This document shows positions 33,299-47,495 of a DNA stretch of 64,000 bases, one piece after another. Position 1 is the first letter of the stretch. Each line of letters starts with the position of its first letter. This stretch comes from the human T2T-CHM13v2.0 reference genome, Homo sapiens, in assembly GCF_009914755.1 (NCBI RefSeq), contig NC_060927.1; one strand, 5' to 3'. Below the pieces are notes generated by a model, which worked only from the letters and a program-made list of their open reading frames with translations, ran no database searches and was not told where the DNA came from. Position numbers and translations under genes: made by a program.

Positions 33299-33983
33299 GA
33301 AATCTGTTTGCCAGAATTCACAAAGAGCAATAGACCTCATGTGAGTTATGAATCTGAACTTCATCCTGCTGTGTGCTATTGGATAAAGACTCTAAGAGCT
33401 ACATTACAGATTTTTTCGACAGGAAGTATCACAGTAACAAGGCCCTATTTAAAGGCTGTTGCTACTGCTGTGGAACAGATTTACCCATTTGTGTTTGAAA
33501 GCAGGAAAGAAATTTTATCATTCACCACTTAATTGGTTAGAATCTCTTACTGTGCACCTTTTAAAACCTGCTGCACATTGGACTCAAAAGGAAAACTGAA
33601 CCAACGGTAATTGAGGAAATAGACTCTTTTATTTATTCATGGCTACAGTGTAAGCTCCAGTCCCTTTGGATTTTATTCCAAACCTTGTTATAATATAAAA
33701 AAGGAAGTTTACAAGACATGTCATTGCTGCTTTTACAAAAGGACATTCTATTTATTTTCGCAGGAATTCTCATGTCCCCATAAGCAGAGCTGTCACAGTG
33801 TGCACTACCTTAGGTTGTTTTATTGTTGTCATTGTTATTTTTTTCCATTTTGAGCTAATGTGTTTTATCTGTGAATAGTCTTTTACATTTTTGTATGCTG
33901 AAAATGGGCACCAAAGAACCTGTAAAAATTATCTTTTTCAATTGAATGTGCACAAATAAAAGTTTGGAAAAGGAAAACAAAAG
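33299..33983 (+). pseudogene. TBPL1: 5'-truncated processed pseudogene of TBPL1 (TBP-like 1 / TRF2): C-terminal CDS + 3'UTR + poly(A)
   Basis: Translation LPEFTKSNRPHVSYESELHPAVCYWIKTLRATLQIFSTGSITVTRPYLKAVATAVEQIYPFVFESRKEIL matches the TBPL1 C-terminus as I recall it; apparent stop changed to TCA at 33518-33520; AATAAA at 33955-33960 followed by an A-rich tail. Confidence 0.92.
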
Positions 33984-34323
33984 AACTACAAAGCATTTAG
34001 CAGAAAGCTTTCATGAAGAGTTGCAATGGCTGATATTATAAAATACACATACTTTTAAAAACAAAAAATCCCTCAGGAGTTTTGTTGCCCACATCTGCTA
34101 GTAACTAGTGAAGCCAGTTGTGTAACTGCACTTAGTTTACACAATTTCTTGAACTTACAGTTTTGCAAAGACCTCAGTTGTTATGTGATTTAGCAGTTAG
34201 AGTGTACCCACAGAGAAAGGAAGCAGGAAAGTCTTCAGAGAGGGGCAAGCTGACATGCAAAGAAGCAGGTAACCAGACATTTGCTAAGCGCCTCGAAGAC
34301 TGAGTGCACTGCACTGCACTGAC

Positions 34324-34455
34324 CTGCTTCAGCTCGTTGGTAAAGTACACGTAAGTTACAGCCACACAGAGAGACTGCAGGAGCACTGTGAAGATCACGA
34401 TCAGCACGCAGGTCTGTCCCAGGCTGGGTCCCCCCTGGACCTCCATCATAGCCAT
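34324..34455 (-). CDS. TNFSF10: TRAIL coding exon 1 (cytoplasmic tail + type II TM helix), 132 nt
   Basis: ATG at 34455-34453; MAMMEVQGGPSLGQTCVLIVIFTVLLQSLCVAVTYVYFTNELKQ; donor GT at 34323-34322. Confidence 0.99.
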
Positions 34456-34525
34456 GATCCTGTCAGAGTCTGACTGCTGTAAGTCAGCCAGGCAGCCGGT
34501 CACTGAAGCCCTTCCTTCTCTATTC

Positions 34526-34532
34526 TTTTATA
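34526..34532 (-). promoter_or_regulatory. TATA box (TATAAAA)
   Basis: Minus strand ctgacTATAAAAgaata, about 71 nt upstream of the ATG. Confidence 0.75.
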
Positions 34533-34540
34533 GTCAGTGA

Positions 34541-34557
34541 GGAAATGAAAGCGAATG
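34541..34557 (+). promoter_or_regulatory. Proximal IRF-E/ISRE-like element
   Basis: GGAAATGAAAGCGAATG (GAAA repeats) next to the TATA box; TRAIL is an IFN/IRF-induced gene. Confidence 0.7.
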
Positions 34558-34677
34558 AGTTGTTTTTCTGGGTTCTGTGGCCTTGGCCCCACCCACATCT
34601 ATTGAACCTGCAACTGTCCCTCCCCTTTCCTACTGCCCAGGGACAGCTCTTGTCTCAAAGTAGTCGTTGGAAAGGAG

Positions 34678-34689
34678 GGAAACTGAAAG
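34678..34689 (+). promoter_or_regulatory. ISRE
   Basis: GGAAACTGAAAG matches GAAANNGAAA. Confidence 0.75.
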
Positions 34690-34805
34690 AAGCTCCTCTC
34701 CTTGCCCTCAGGATCCATGCACCCCTTATCTGCACTCACCTCAAGCCCATTTCTCTCTTCTCTTTCTTGCTCTCCTTTTGATAATGTCCTCAGCCAAAGA
34801 GGGGA

Positions 34806-34815
34806 GGGATTTTCT
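34806..34815 (+). promoter_or_regulatory. NF-kB site (kB1-like)
   Basis: GGGATTTTCT, near match to GGGRNWYYCC. Confidence 0.6.
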
Positions 34816-34925
34816 TTGCTTTTCCCTAACATATCCTCATTCTACCACAGAGCTCTAAGCCTCATGGCCTGGCTGTCATAGGCACAAGGCCTGTTTTCTA
34901 AATTATAAGATAATTTTTATGACCT

Positions 34926-34935
34926 GAAACTTCCA
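34926..34935 (-). promoter_or_regulatory. NF-kB-like site (kB2-like)
   Basis: Minus strand TGGAAGTTTC. Confidence 0.4.
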
Positions 34936-35175
34936 TATGTGGTTTTTCTCATGCTACTGTGAGGGTGGGAAGAGGGCAGGGTGGGAGTGGATAAAGGAAA
35001 ATAGAAATACTGTCTCATAGCAATGGTCTTGCTACATAATTCCATCTTGAATGTCAGAATCTAAATATTGACGACTTCTTCCTCTTTGCAAACCTTCAGA
35101 CACAAATTCTAATCTCCTTCTCAGATCTCCATCCCTACCAAGACAATATGCCTGTGTGTTAGGCTGGACAGGTAG

Positions 35176-35865
<690 letters not shown>

Positions 35866-36526
35866 TAGGAACCTACATTTTTCAGCAAGTACTCCAAGAG
35901 ATCCTTTGAAACCTAAAGTTTGGGACCCTAGATCTACAGTTACATTCCTGAGTTCATTCAGGCACCGCTGGTCACCATCACTTCCTGCCCTTGCCTTCTG
36001 TCTGTAAATGAGTCTACATTTAAGAAAATATTTTCAAATTTTAAATTTGCCTCTGTCAAATTGCCAAATTTTTAAATGCAAATTCCTTTCAGACACAGAC
36101 AAATTGGCAAGGTAGCATTTTTCCTACTAAAAGTTTTAGACATTATGTGAACCTAACACTATTTGAACACACTTACACTCTAAGTCCTAGACTGAATGAG
36201 TTTTTTAAATCAGGTGAAAGATGAGTAGGATAACCGTAATGCACAAGACACACAGCCGGGCAGGGCAGAAACAAGAAACGAGAGATGGCAGAGAAACACA
36301 GGGGAGAAGACCAAAGAAAACCAACTTAACACCTTTGTTATAATCCAGAAATAGAAACATTACGGCTATGATGTACGTGAAAGGCATGAAACGAAGGAAT
36401 GGGAAACGTGCAGGAAGTCAACATCTCTATCTTATAAGCACGTAAGAAAGTCTAGAGTGTGGAAATAAGGAGGCTTATCTCGGGGTCAGGTCAAGAGATG
36501 GGGTGATTTGAGGAGTTACAAGAGTC

Positions 36527-37008
<482 letters not shown>

Positions 37009-37046
37009 TTAACCATAACCTTTAATCAGCAATTCAGTTTCTTTAA

Positions 37047-37388
<342 letters not shown>

Positions 37389-37396
37389 TAAAAATA

Positions 37397-37697
37397 CTTT
37401 TTTTTTTTTTTGAGACAGAGTCTCACTTTGTTGCCCAGGCTGGAGTGCAGTGGTGGGATCTCGGCTTACTGCAACTTCCGCCTCCCAGGTTCAAGAGATT
37501 CTCGTGTCTCAGCCTCCTGAGTAGCTGGGATTACAGCTGTGCACCACCATGCCTGGCTAATGTTTTGTAGTTTTAGTAGAGACGGGGTTTCACCATGTTG
37601 GTCAGGCTGGTCTTGAACTCCTGACCTCAAGTGATCCACCCTCCTCAGCCTCCCAAAGTGCTGAGATTACAGGCTTGATTACACACTGCACCCGGCC
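37397..37697 (-). mobile_element. AluS
   Basis: Alu dimer. Confidence 0.95.
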
Positions 37698-37923
37698 TGT
37701 TTTATAATTTTTAAGTAATTTTTAATGAAGTCCTTACAAAGCATTAAATTCAGCATTCCAAGAAACAACTCATATTTTATTGGCTTCCATGATATTTATA
37801 TGAACTATGTAATTACAACTGGCATAATCAGTTCTGAGAATAATTTAATTCTTGTTAGATATATAGATGGAAACAGAAGAATAGCCTAAGTTCTTCATTC
37901 CCTGTGTGGAACATACTGACTGA

Positions 37924-38256
<333 letters not shown>

Positions 38257-38928
38257 CTTGTTTGTTTCTATACTTATTTGTTTATTTTATGGCTACCCCA
38301 TTTATAAGAATGTAGGTTGCATGAGAGTGAAACTTTGCCACATGCATTGCTACCAATGCCTTGCACACTGTGAGCACGATCTATGCTGGTTGGATGAATG
38401 AGCATTTCATAGTCTCCAGAATCTTAAGGCTCTTTACCTCAGGAGCAGCAGTGTGTTCTGCAGAATGGTCACAGACACAGAATTGTTAAGTCTTCCCCAC
38501 CAAGCCTTACAAGAAATCTATTACTTGTTTCCTAGTGCATGACATCCCTAGACTAAGTGCCAAATATTTCATTCTGTGAATAAAGATGTTAGTTAAAATG
38601 TAAATGTTAAAGTAAGTTTAAGTAACCACACTGGGAGGCTTGGATTGTTTTCCTAATCAGACCAAGGGACAAAGGAGGTGAAGAGAAGACTGTACATTCC
38701 TCAAGCAGAGATGCAGGAAAAGGTTTCGGGACTATAAGGCTGGGTATTTCTCTAAAAGATCTATACTTCCAGCACTTAATTTTGCCAATAGTTGATCCTT
38801 GTTTGCTTTTAACATGAAGGGAAAAACAGAAGCTGTTGCTGCCACTGGTGCCCTGTGAAGATTTTTGAAGATTTTTAAAGATTTTAAAACTTTTCTTCTG
38901 AAGTAAGGATTTAATTATAAGAGCTGTT

Positions 38929-39127
38929 AGGCTGGGCGCGTGCGGTGGCTCACGGACATGGTGGTGCGTGCCTGTAATTCCAGCTACTCCGGAGGCTGAG
39001 GCAGGAGAATCACTTCAGGCTCGGAGGAGGAGGTTGCAGTGAGCTGAGATCATGCACTGCACCTCAGCCTGGGCAAGAGCAGGACACGTAGACTCAAAAA
39101 AATAAAAAGTAAAATAAAAATAAAAAT
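38929..39127 (+). mobile_element. Alu with most of the left arm deleted
   Basis: ggctcac joined directly to the right arm. Confidence 0.9.
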
Positions 39128-39174
39128 GAAGTCTTGTCAGGTCTTGGACACACTGTCTTTGAGTGAAGAAATGA

Positions 39175-39519
<345 letters not shown>

Positions 39520-39986
39520 TAGAATCATAAAATGACTGGACTGTTAGACATCTTAAAGACCCCCAGGAAAATTCTATTGCTTGGTTGATAAGGAAACTAA
39601 AGCACCAAAAGTTAAGTGAGTTAGTCGTGGTTGTTGAATTACAAAATGGCAGAATGACTAGAATTCACATCTATTTGCTTCCAGGTAAATTGCTCTAAAC
39701 TTTGGCTATTTTATCCACACTATATTGGAGCAAAAACAATTCTGTATTCCTCAAATCATTTATTCCTCCTCCCCCCATCACACTAGATATGACATTGGAT
39801 ATGTGTTTGGACACTTCTGCCCGAGCATCCATACTCCACCACTCAATAGCTGCTCATTCAGGCTAGTAATCTCATATGTGTTGGGACAACTGAGCTTCCA
39901 GAATGAAGAGGGCAAACTGCTGCCAGGTGAGTCCTCTTAAGCAATACAAAGTATCTGTCCACTTTTTACAAACTCTTTGGAGATAA

Positions 39987-40307
<321 letters not shown>

Positions 40308-40337
40308 TAGCTATTAAAACAATTATATCAGGCCATG

Positions 40338-40434
40338 TGGAGGTTGCAGTGAGCTGAGATCATGCCACTGCACTCCAGCCTAGGTGACAGAGCAAGACTC
40401 CGTCTCAAAAAAAAACAAAAACAAACCAAAAAAA
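40338..40434 (+). mobile_element. Alu 3' fragment
   Basis: ggaggttgcagtgagc...A tail. Confidence 0.88.
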
Positions 40435-40504
40435 CAGCAATTATACCAACAGTAGTCACTACCTAAGTGTTTCTTTCTTTATGTTGGAGGATGGGGTGGG
40501 GTAT

Positions 40505-40910
40505 AGGTTAATATGGTAGATCTTATTATTTTCTCCAATTCTTCATCCATCTCTCTATTCATACCTTTTGCCATGTGGCTTCACAGTTCATATCAGTATA
40601 TAAGGAGTATATATCCCCTCTTCACCCATGTGGGACTTGGTAATGTGATCTGACCATTGGAATATCAGTAAACCTAACATGAGAAGGCTTAGATTAAAAT
40701 TTCATGGTTGGTCTTGTCCAACTCTGTTATTTCCATGAGAAGACAAACACTGGGTAGTCCAAGGAGGATGAGAGATACATGGAGCTGAGATAGACCCAGT
40801 CCACATTTTGGAGCCAAAGTCAGCTCAACACAGCCTAGATCAGCTGATTCCCAGGCAACCCATGGACAAGTGAGCAAGAATAAATAATTATTGTGGCAAT
40901 AGAAAACTGA
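40505..40910 (+). mobile_element. MLT1-like LTR
   Basis: ccttttgccatgtggctt...cagcctagatcagctga...aataaataattattgtggcaatagaaaactgata. Confidence 0.65.
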
Positions 40911-41156
40911 TAGAGCTTAGGACTGGGGATTATTTAAATACATTCAGCTACAATTAACAAAGAACGCCACTTAAGATAGCTTCAACCAAATTTCAAGTAG
41001 TGTTTTAGTGTCAAGCGACTAACACCAATTCCGACAAATGGAAACAGAAAAATGACTTTATCAAAAGGATATGGGGTTGTTTGAATCTTGGTGGCGGCTG
41101 AGGTTGCTGTAAACGTAGATTTGGAGCTGTCAAATCCAGAATCACCAAAACCTATC

Positions 41157-41579
41157 CACACTGTCACTCTGGTAGCAATATAATTGCTTCCACCACAGGA
41201 TACACACATCACAGGAGCAACACTGGTGCCACCTACACTAGACATCAAAGGCTGCTCCTAGAACCAGTGATGCTGCTTTTCTGGAAACTGAATACACACG
41301 CAGTCACTCGGATAGCAATATAACTGCTTCCACTGCAGGATACACATATCACAGGTGCAACACTGGTGCCACCTACACTAGATGTCAGATGCTGCTTCTA
41401 GAACCAGTGATGCTGCTGTTTCTGGAAACTGAATATACACACAGTCACTTTGGTAGCAATATAACTGCTTCCACCATGGGATACACATGTCACAGCTGCA
41501 ACACTGGTGCCACCTACACTAGCCATCAGAGGCTGCTCCTAGAACCAGTGACACTGCTGTTTCTGGAAACTGAATACAG
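41157..41579 (+). repeat. Tandem repeat, 3 copies of a ~141-bp unit
   Basis: Shared anchors gtcact at 41163/41303/41444 and ggaaactgaata at 41283/41424/41565. Confidence 0.95.
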
Positions 41580-42303
41580 TAGTCAGTGGACAAAACCCCC
41601 AGAACAGAATCTGCTCAGTGCCTTCTTCTGCTTCATAATTCATGAGCTTCATAATTCATCACTAGCTTCTGTTTCGTGTGTGTTTATGTACCTGATTGGC
41701 AGAGTCTAGGTCATGTCACACCCTAGCTTCAAGGGAGGATGAGAAGGTGAGTATCTAACATTTTCAGTTTATCGGATGAGAAGTGAGCTCTGCCTTGCAA
41801 GTTGGGAAAATTTCAACACTGGAAGGAAGTTGCATGCTGGTTAGTCAAAGCAAAAGCTAAATGCCACAGCCAGAAGGGATGTTATCAGCTCAAACCACAA
41901 GGGACCTTTTCAGCTCATTGATAACTGTCAGGGTAATAGTCTGTTGCTACACAGCAGGCCTACAAACCTGGCAGTCCTAGAGCAAAAGTTCCCTCATGCA
42001 CTTTTCCAGTTAACCCCCTCCAGGTAATTACTTTTTGGCTTTTTTTCCTCCTTAATATAATGTTTTTGAGATTTATCCCTATTTTGCGTGCATCAGTAGT
42101 TTGTTCTCTTTTATTAGTAAGTAGTATTCCATAATTTATTTGTCCCTTCTATTGATGAGCTTTAGGGTTGTTTTCAGTTTTTGATAATTATGAATAAAGT
42201 AATGTTGAATGTTTTTGTAAAGTTTTTATGCACAAAAGCTTTTTATAAAGTAAGTGTTGAAGAATAGAATTTCTGGTCACAGTGTAGATGTTTAACTTTT
42301 TTA

Positions 42304-42945
<642 letters not shown>

Positions 42946-43055
42946 TCAAAGAGGTTGTAACATTTTACACTCTAATAAATAATCTGTGTATTTCGATTGC
43001 CCACACATCCTCACCAACACTTGATATTGGCAGTTTAAAAAAAATCACAGCCACT

Positions 43056-43295
43056 CGCGATCTCGGCTCACTGCAAACTCCGCCTCCCAGGTTCAAGCGA
43101 TTCTCCTGCCTCAGCCTCCTGAGTAGCTAGGATTGCAGGCACCCACCACCATGCTTGGCTAATTTTTGTATTTTTAGTAGAGACAGGGTTTCACCATGTT
43201 GGCCAGGCTGGTCTCAAACTCCTGACCTCAAGTGATTCACCCTCTTTGGCCTGCCGAAGTGCTGAGATGACAGGTGTGAGCCACTGCACCTGGTC
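43056..43295 (-). mobile_element. Tail-less Alu at the 5' edge of the orphan retrocopy
   Basis: Alu body starts abruptly at cgcgatctcggc with no poly(T). Confidence 0.9.
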
Positions 43296-43880
43296 ATGTT
43301 CTGCAAATTTTAAAGACAAATTCTATCAAATTACAGAAGTCATAGTTTCTACTTTATGTAAAATATTCCTGCACATTTTACATAAAGTTGACATGTAAAA
43401 TGTCAACTTTAAAGTGGAGAAGAGAAGATCTGAAATAATGAAAACTCTTAATTTAGCGAAAAAAATTGGATAGAAGTCAAGATTTTGGACACGAAAGAGG
43501 GTGACAATGGAGATATGTATATTTTCCAAATTCACCACTGTCTCTAAAGGAATTGCAAATAAAAGACTGGAAACAACCCAAAACATTGAAATTGTAAGTA
43601 CTTATTCCCGTGCTGGTTGTAAATTGATAACTTTAACTCTGATATTGTTTGAAATGTGTATGTTTAATCTTTCCATCCACGGTGAAAAGGAACGTCTTCC
43701 GAGAGTGGTGGATGAGGGGACAGGAGATGTATTCTGATCTTGAAATCATGTGACAATGTTTCCAAAACATATATTGCTTGAACATATGTCTTCTAAGCAA
43801 ATGTTATAAAATACTTAATTGGGGACATGAAATTTCCATTAATAAATATAGGAAGCTTCTTTCTGAACAACAGCAACAAC
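43056..43880 (+). pseudogene. Orphan retrocopy of an unidentified polyadenylated RNA (3'UTR fragment or 3' transduction)
   Basis: AATAAA 43841-43846; A-rich tail 43866-43886; 17-bp TSD-like pair 43039-43055 / 43881-43897 (14/17); interrupts an old L1. Confidence 0.7.
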
Positions 43881-44047
43881 AAAAAATCATACCCATTGTA
43901 GTGGATGTGAAGTGGTGGCTCATTATGGTTTATTTTATTTCCCTAATGACTAATGATTCTTCGTGATTTGTTTATTCATGTATTTTTGTCGTTGGGCTTT
44001 TCAAATTTTTATTGTTGATTTATAAGAGCTTTAAAATATATGTAAGC

Positions 44048-44243
44048 AGTAAGTCTTCACTTGCGTCATTCATAAGTTCTTGCAAACTGCAACTTTAAGT
44101 GAGACAACGTACCGTATAACAAAACTAATTTTACTATAGGCTAATTGACATAAACAAGGCAAATTCCTGTGGTATACAGTATGTTGTTTCACTTAAGTTT
44201 ACAGTTTACAAGAACCTGTTGACAACATTAATGAAGACTTATT
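44048..44243. mobile_element. MER6-like TcMar-Tigger MITE
   Basis: TIRs cagtaagtcttcactt / aatgaagacttattg. Confidence 0.7.
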
Positions 44244-44259
44244 GTATTGTATTGTTAAT

Positions 44260-45260
44260 TTTCTGTGTTGATTGTCTGATATTGTCAGTGGGGTGTTAAA
44301 GTCTCCCACTGTTATTATGTGGGAGTCTAAGTCTCTTTGAAGGTATCTAAGTACTTGCTTTATGAATCTGGGTGCTCCTGTGGTGGGTGCATATATATTT
44401 AAGATAGTTAGGTGTTCTTGTTGAATTGAACCCTTTACCATTATGTAATGCCCTTCTTTGTCTTTTTTGATCTTTGTTGGTTTCAGTCTCTTTTGTCTGA
44501 AACTAGGATTGTAACCCCAGTGTTTTTCTCTTTTCCATTTGCTTGGCTCTGTGCCTGCCAAGGCTCTGACTGCAATGGTGGTCTGGCGCGGTGGGGGGCA
44601 CAGCAGAGTGCACTCCTGTTGCAACAGTGTCAGGGCAGGGTGCATACACACAGGCGTACAGGTGGGGCAAGGAAGGCAAAACCCACTCATACACGCACAA
44701 ACTGGCAAAGTGATGTGGGGTTTTGCCATCGACCTGGGGGAAGCTGCAGTCTGGGAAGGGAGTGGGCAGGCTGGTGCATGGCCATGAGGGCCACCCCGCT
44801 GGAGCTCTCCACCAATCAGACATGATCCACCAGCTATGATGTGGGCCCCTGGGGTACCCAAGGCTGCCTTGCAAGCAGGTGTAGCCAGGCTGGGGCCCTA
44901 GAAGAGGCCAGCAGACCAAGGGGTCCTCGGGTTAAACCCACCCCGTCTGATAGGCAAGACCGTCCTTCAGAATTCAGGTCCAACTGTTCCACTAGGGCTA
45001 AAGTCTCCTATGGGAGCAAGTCAAGCCCAGGGAGATGAGCTTCTCTGGCCATCCTCCGCTACAGATGCTCCTGTACCAAATTGTCTTGGATCCATTTCAG
45101 CTCGTGTGCTGCCCCTACCACTTCTCTAAGCAGCTCTCCTGCCAACTTGAGTGTCCCTGATGGCCGAGGGGTCTCCTCCTGTCAGGATTCCAGAGGCCTA
45201 TGGCAAAAGCAGATTGCTTTTTGCCAGTTCAACTCATGCACTCCCCTGAAGTCATTGGGC
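44260..45260 (-). mobile_element. Older L1P: GC-rich 5'UTR joined directly to an ORF2 endonuclease fragment
   Basis: KKDKEGHYIMVKGSIQQE..ILNIYAP..VGDFNTPL at 44260-44545; 5'UTR-like GC-rich sequence at 44545-45260. Confidence 0.75.
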
Positions 45261-45269
45261 TTCATAACA

Positions 45270-45440
45270 TGAAGCCTATTTTATAGTAAAATGTTGAATA
45301 TCTCATGTAACACATATTGCTAGTTTGGGAAAAGATCAAAATTGAAAGTTTGAAATACATCAAAATTGCAATAATTTCACACCATCATAAAGTTGAAAAA
45401 TCATTAGGTGTAACTAATCATTGTAATCTGGAGACTATAC
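45270..45440. mobile_element. Tigger-family (MER44/Tigger-like) fragment
   Basis: tgttgaatatctcatgtaa...ttcacaccatcataaagttgaaaaatc. Confidence 0.5.
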
Positions 45441-46448
45441 TTGATACTGTGTAACGGGTCATTGATGTCTCATTCTTTCCGCACCCCCAGCCCCATCAAT
45501 TTTCTTCTCTCTAGTCCAGTATGTGTATCTTTGTTACTGTCTTGCCCTCAATACTACAAAATATTTCTTCTGCATTATTTAATTTTCCATAATTTCCATT
45601 TGATGAATGTGTTATTTCGATATTGTTTGTTTCACTTTTAGGGTTTCCATCTGGTTCTTTTTCAGAATTTCACACCTTTCCTGAGGTTCCCCATTCCTTC
45701 ACTATTTATAACCATTTTTTCCTACTGACTTAAAAAATATGTTTGTAATTGTTTTAAAGTTCTCGTCTACTAATTCCAATATCTATGTCACTAATGGCTC
45801 TTTAATTATTAACTTTATTATAAATTTAATATGGGTCTTATTTTCCTGTTTCTTCCCATTCTAGTAATTTTTGGTTATATACCAGACAGCACAAATGATA
45901 CATTATTTAAACTGTGGATTATGTAATCTTCCTCTGAAGATGATTGAGTTTTTTCCTGGCGGGCGGTTAAATCACAGGTGGATCACCTTGATCCCATGGA
46001 AACTTGGTTTTAGGTTTTGCTATAGCAAGTCTATTTTGTTTTCCCTTAGTTCTAGGGAATAGCTATTAGTCCTGGGCTTTGGTACTTACTTTCAAGACCT
46101 GGCCCTCCTGGGGTTTTAGTAAAGACCAAGGAATTTACCGAGTCTTCTAACTTGGTAAGATTTGAACTCCAAACTCAGTCTCCCCTTGTACTGAGTAGCT
46201 GCTAAAATCCTTGCTCATCTCTTCAGGTTTTCAGAGTTGCTTTCCACTGGTCTCCCTGGAGTCTTGCTATGTGCATGGATAGTTTAGGATTCAGCCAAGC
46301 ATTTGAGGGAAATTTGTATTCAGGTTTTAGAGCTCACTTCTCTGTGGCTCCCTTCTTTCTGGGATTTTCTCTTCAATTTTAAGCTGCTGCTATAATAATC
46401 CCCAAAACTATTCTCAGACTCCTCAGTCCAATAAAACTGCTGTTTTCT

Positions 46449-46546
46449 TTCTTTTTTCTTTTCTTTTACATTTTATGAATCTTTCTTTCTTGAACTTTTA
46501 AGTTCTGGGGTACATGTGCAGGATGTGCAGGTTTGTTACATAGGTA
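46449..46546 (-). mobile_element. Very short L1PA 3' end insertion
   Basis: 19-bp TSD aataaaactgctgttttct (46430-46448) / aataaaacagctgttttct (46547-46565). Confidence 0.88.
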
Positions 46547-46837
46547 AATAAAACAGCTGTTTTCTGCTTGAACTCTATTCCCCTGCATTTTGCACACTGG
46601 AGAGTTCCCTCATGGGAAAGCCAGTTAGATATCATATCTTACCCAGTGTGTTTCCCTTATTTCAAGGCTTGTGTCTCTTCTAGTTTCTGCTTGCTTTTGG
46701 TTGCTCATCAGTGCCTTGAAACAGTTGTTTTTAGAAAATATTTTTCCCCAAATTTAGAATTGTTATGAGCAGAGAAGTAGTTCAATACTATCTACTCAGC
46801 CATTATCAAAAGTCAGAAGTCCAATCGTACCTTACTC

Positions 46838-47135
46838 TTTTTTTTTTTTTTTTTTGAGACGGAGTCTCGCTCTGTCGCCCAGGCTGGAGTGCAGTGGCGC
46901 AATCTCGGCTCACTGCAAGCTCTGCCTCCGGGTTCACGCCATTCTCCTGCCTCAGCCTCCCGAGTAGCTGAGACTACAGGCGCCCGCCACCACGCCTGGC
47001 TAATTTTTTGTATTTTTAGTAGAGACAGGGTTTCATCATGTTAGCCAGGATGGTCTCGATCTCCTGACCTCATGATCCGTCCGCCTCAGCCTCCCAAAGT
47101 GCTGGGATTACAGGCGTGAGCCACCATGCCTGGCC
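46838..47135 (-). mobile_element. AluY
   Basis: CpG-rich; TSD ccaatcgtaccttactctt / ccaatcctaccttactctt. Confidence 0.96.
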
Positions 47136-47227
47136 CAATCCTACCTTACTCTTAAGACTGAGGAAAAAATTCCTCAGACATCTCCAGAAAATTCTCCTAA
47201 TGGCCCATGTGCTAGACTTGGGTCACA

Positions 47228-47495
47228 GGGGTGGATCCCTCACGGCACGGTGCTGTCCTTGCAATAGTGAGTGAGTTCTCCTGAGATCTGGTTGTTTAAA
47301 CGTGTGTGGCACTCCCCCCACCCTACTCTCTCTCTTGCTCCCACTCTGGCCATGTGATGTGTCTGCTCCCACTTCACCTTCTCCCATGAGTAAAAGCTCC
47401 CTGAGGCCTCCTCAGAAGCCAAGCAGATGCCAGCCTGTACCGCCTGCAGAACTGTGAGCCAATTCAACCTCTTTTCTTTATAAATTACCCAATTA
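47228..47495 (+). mobile_element. MST/THE1-type MaLR LTR fragment
   Basis: gagtgagttctcctgagatctggttgtttaaa...agaactgtgagccaattcaacctcttttctttataaattaccc. Confidence 0.8.

Noticed and set aside
33308-33532. TBPL1-like ORF as a functional gene
   Set aside because: No ATG or promoter, the N-terminal part is missing, and conserved residues are substituted.
34174-34323. Exon 1 frame continuing into intron 1
   Set aside because: Simple read-through past a good donor; no supporting poly(A) evidence established.
36482-36506. Nuclear-receptor half-site cluster
   Set aside because: Spacing does not fit a canonical DR1-DR5 element.
41157-41579. Repeat as a CRISPR-like array
   Set aside because: Whole units are duplicated with no unique spacers, and the context is eukaryotic.
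44199-44861. 220-aa ORF with an endonuclease-like C-terminus
   Set aside because: Chance fusion of an L1 5'UTR to an ORF2 EN fragment across a deletion.
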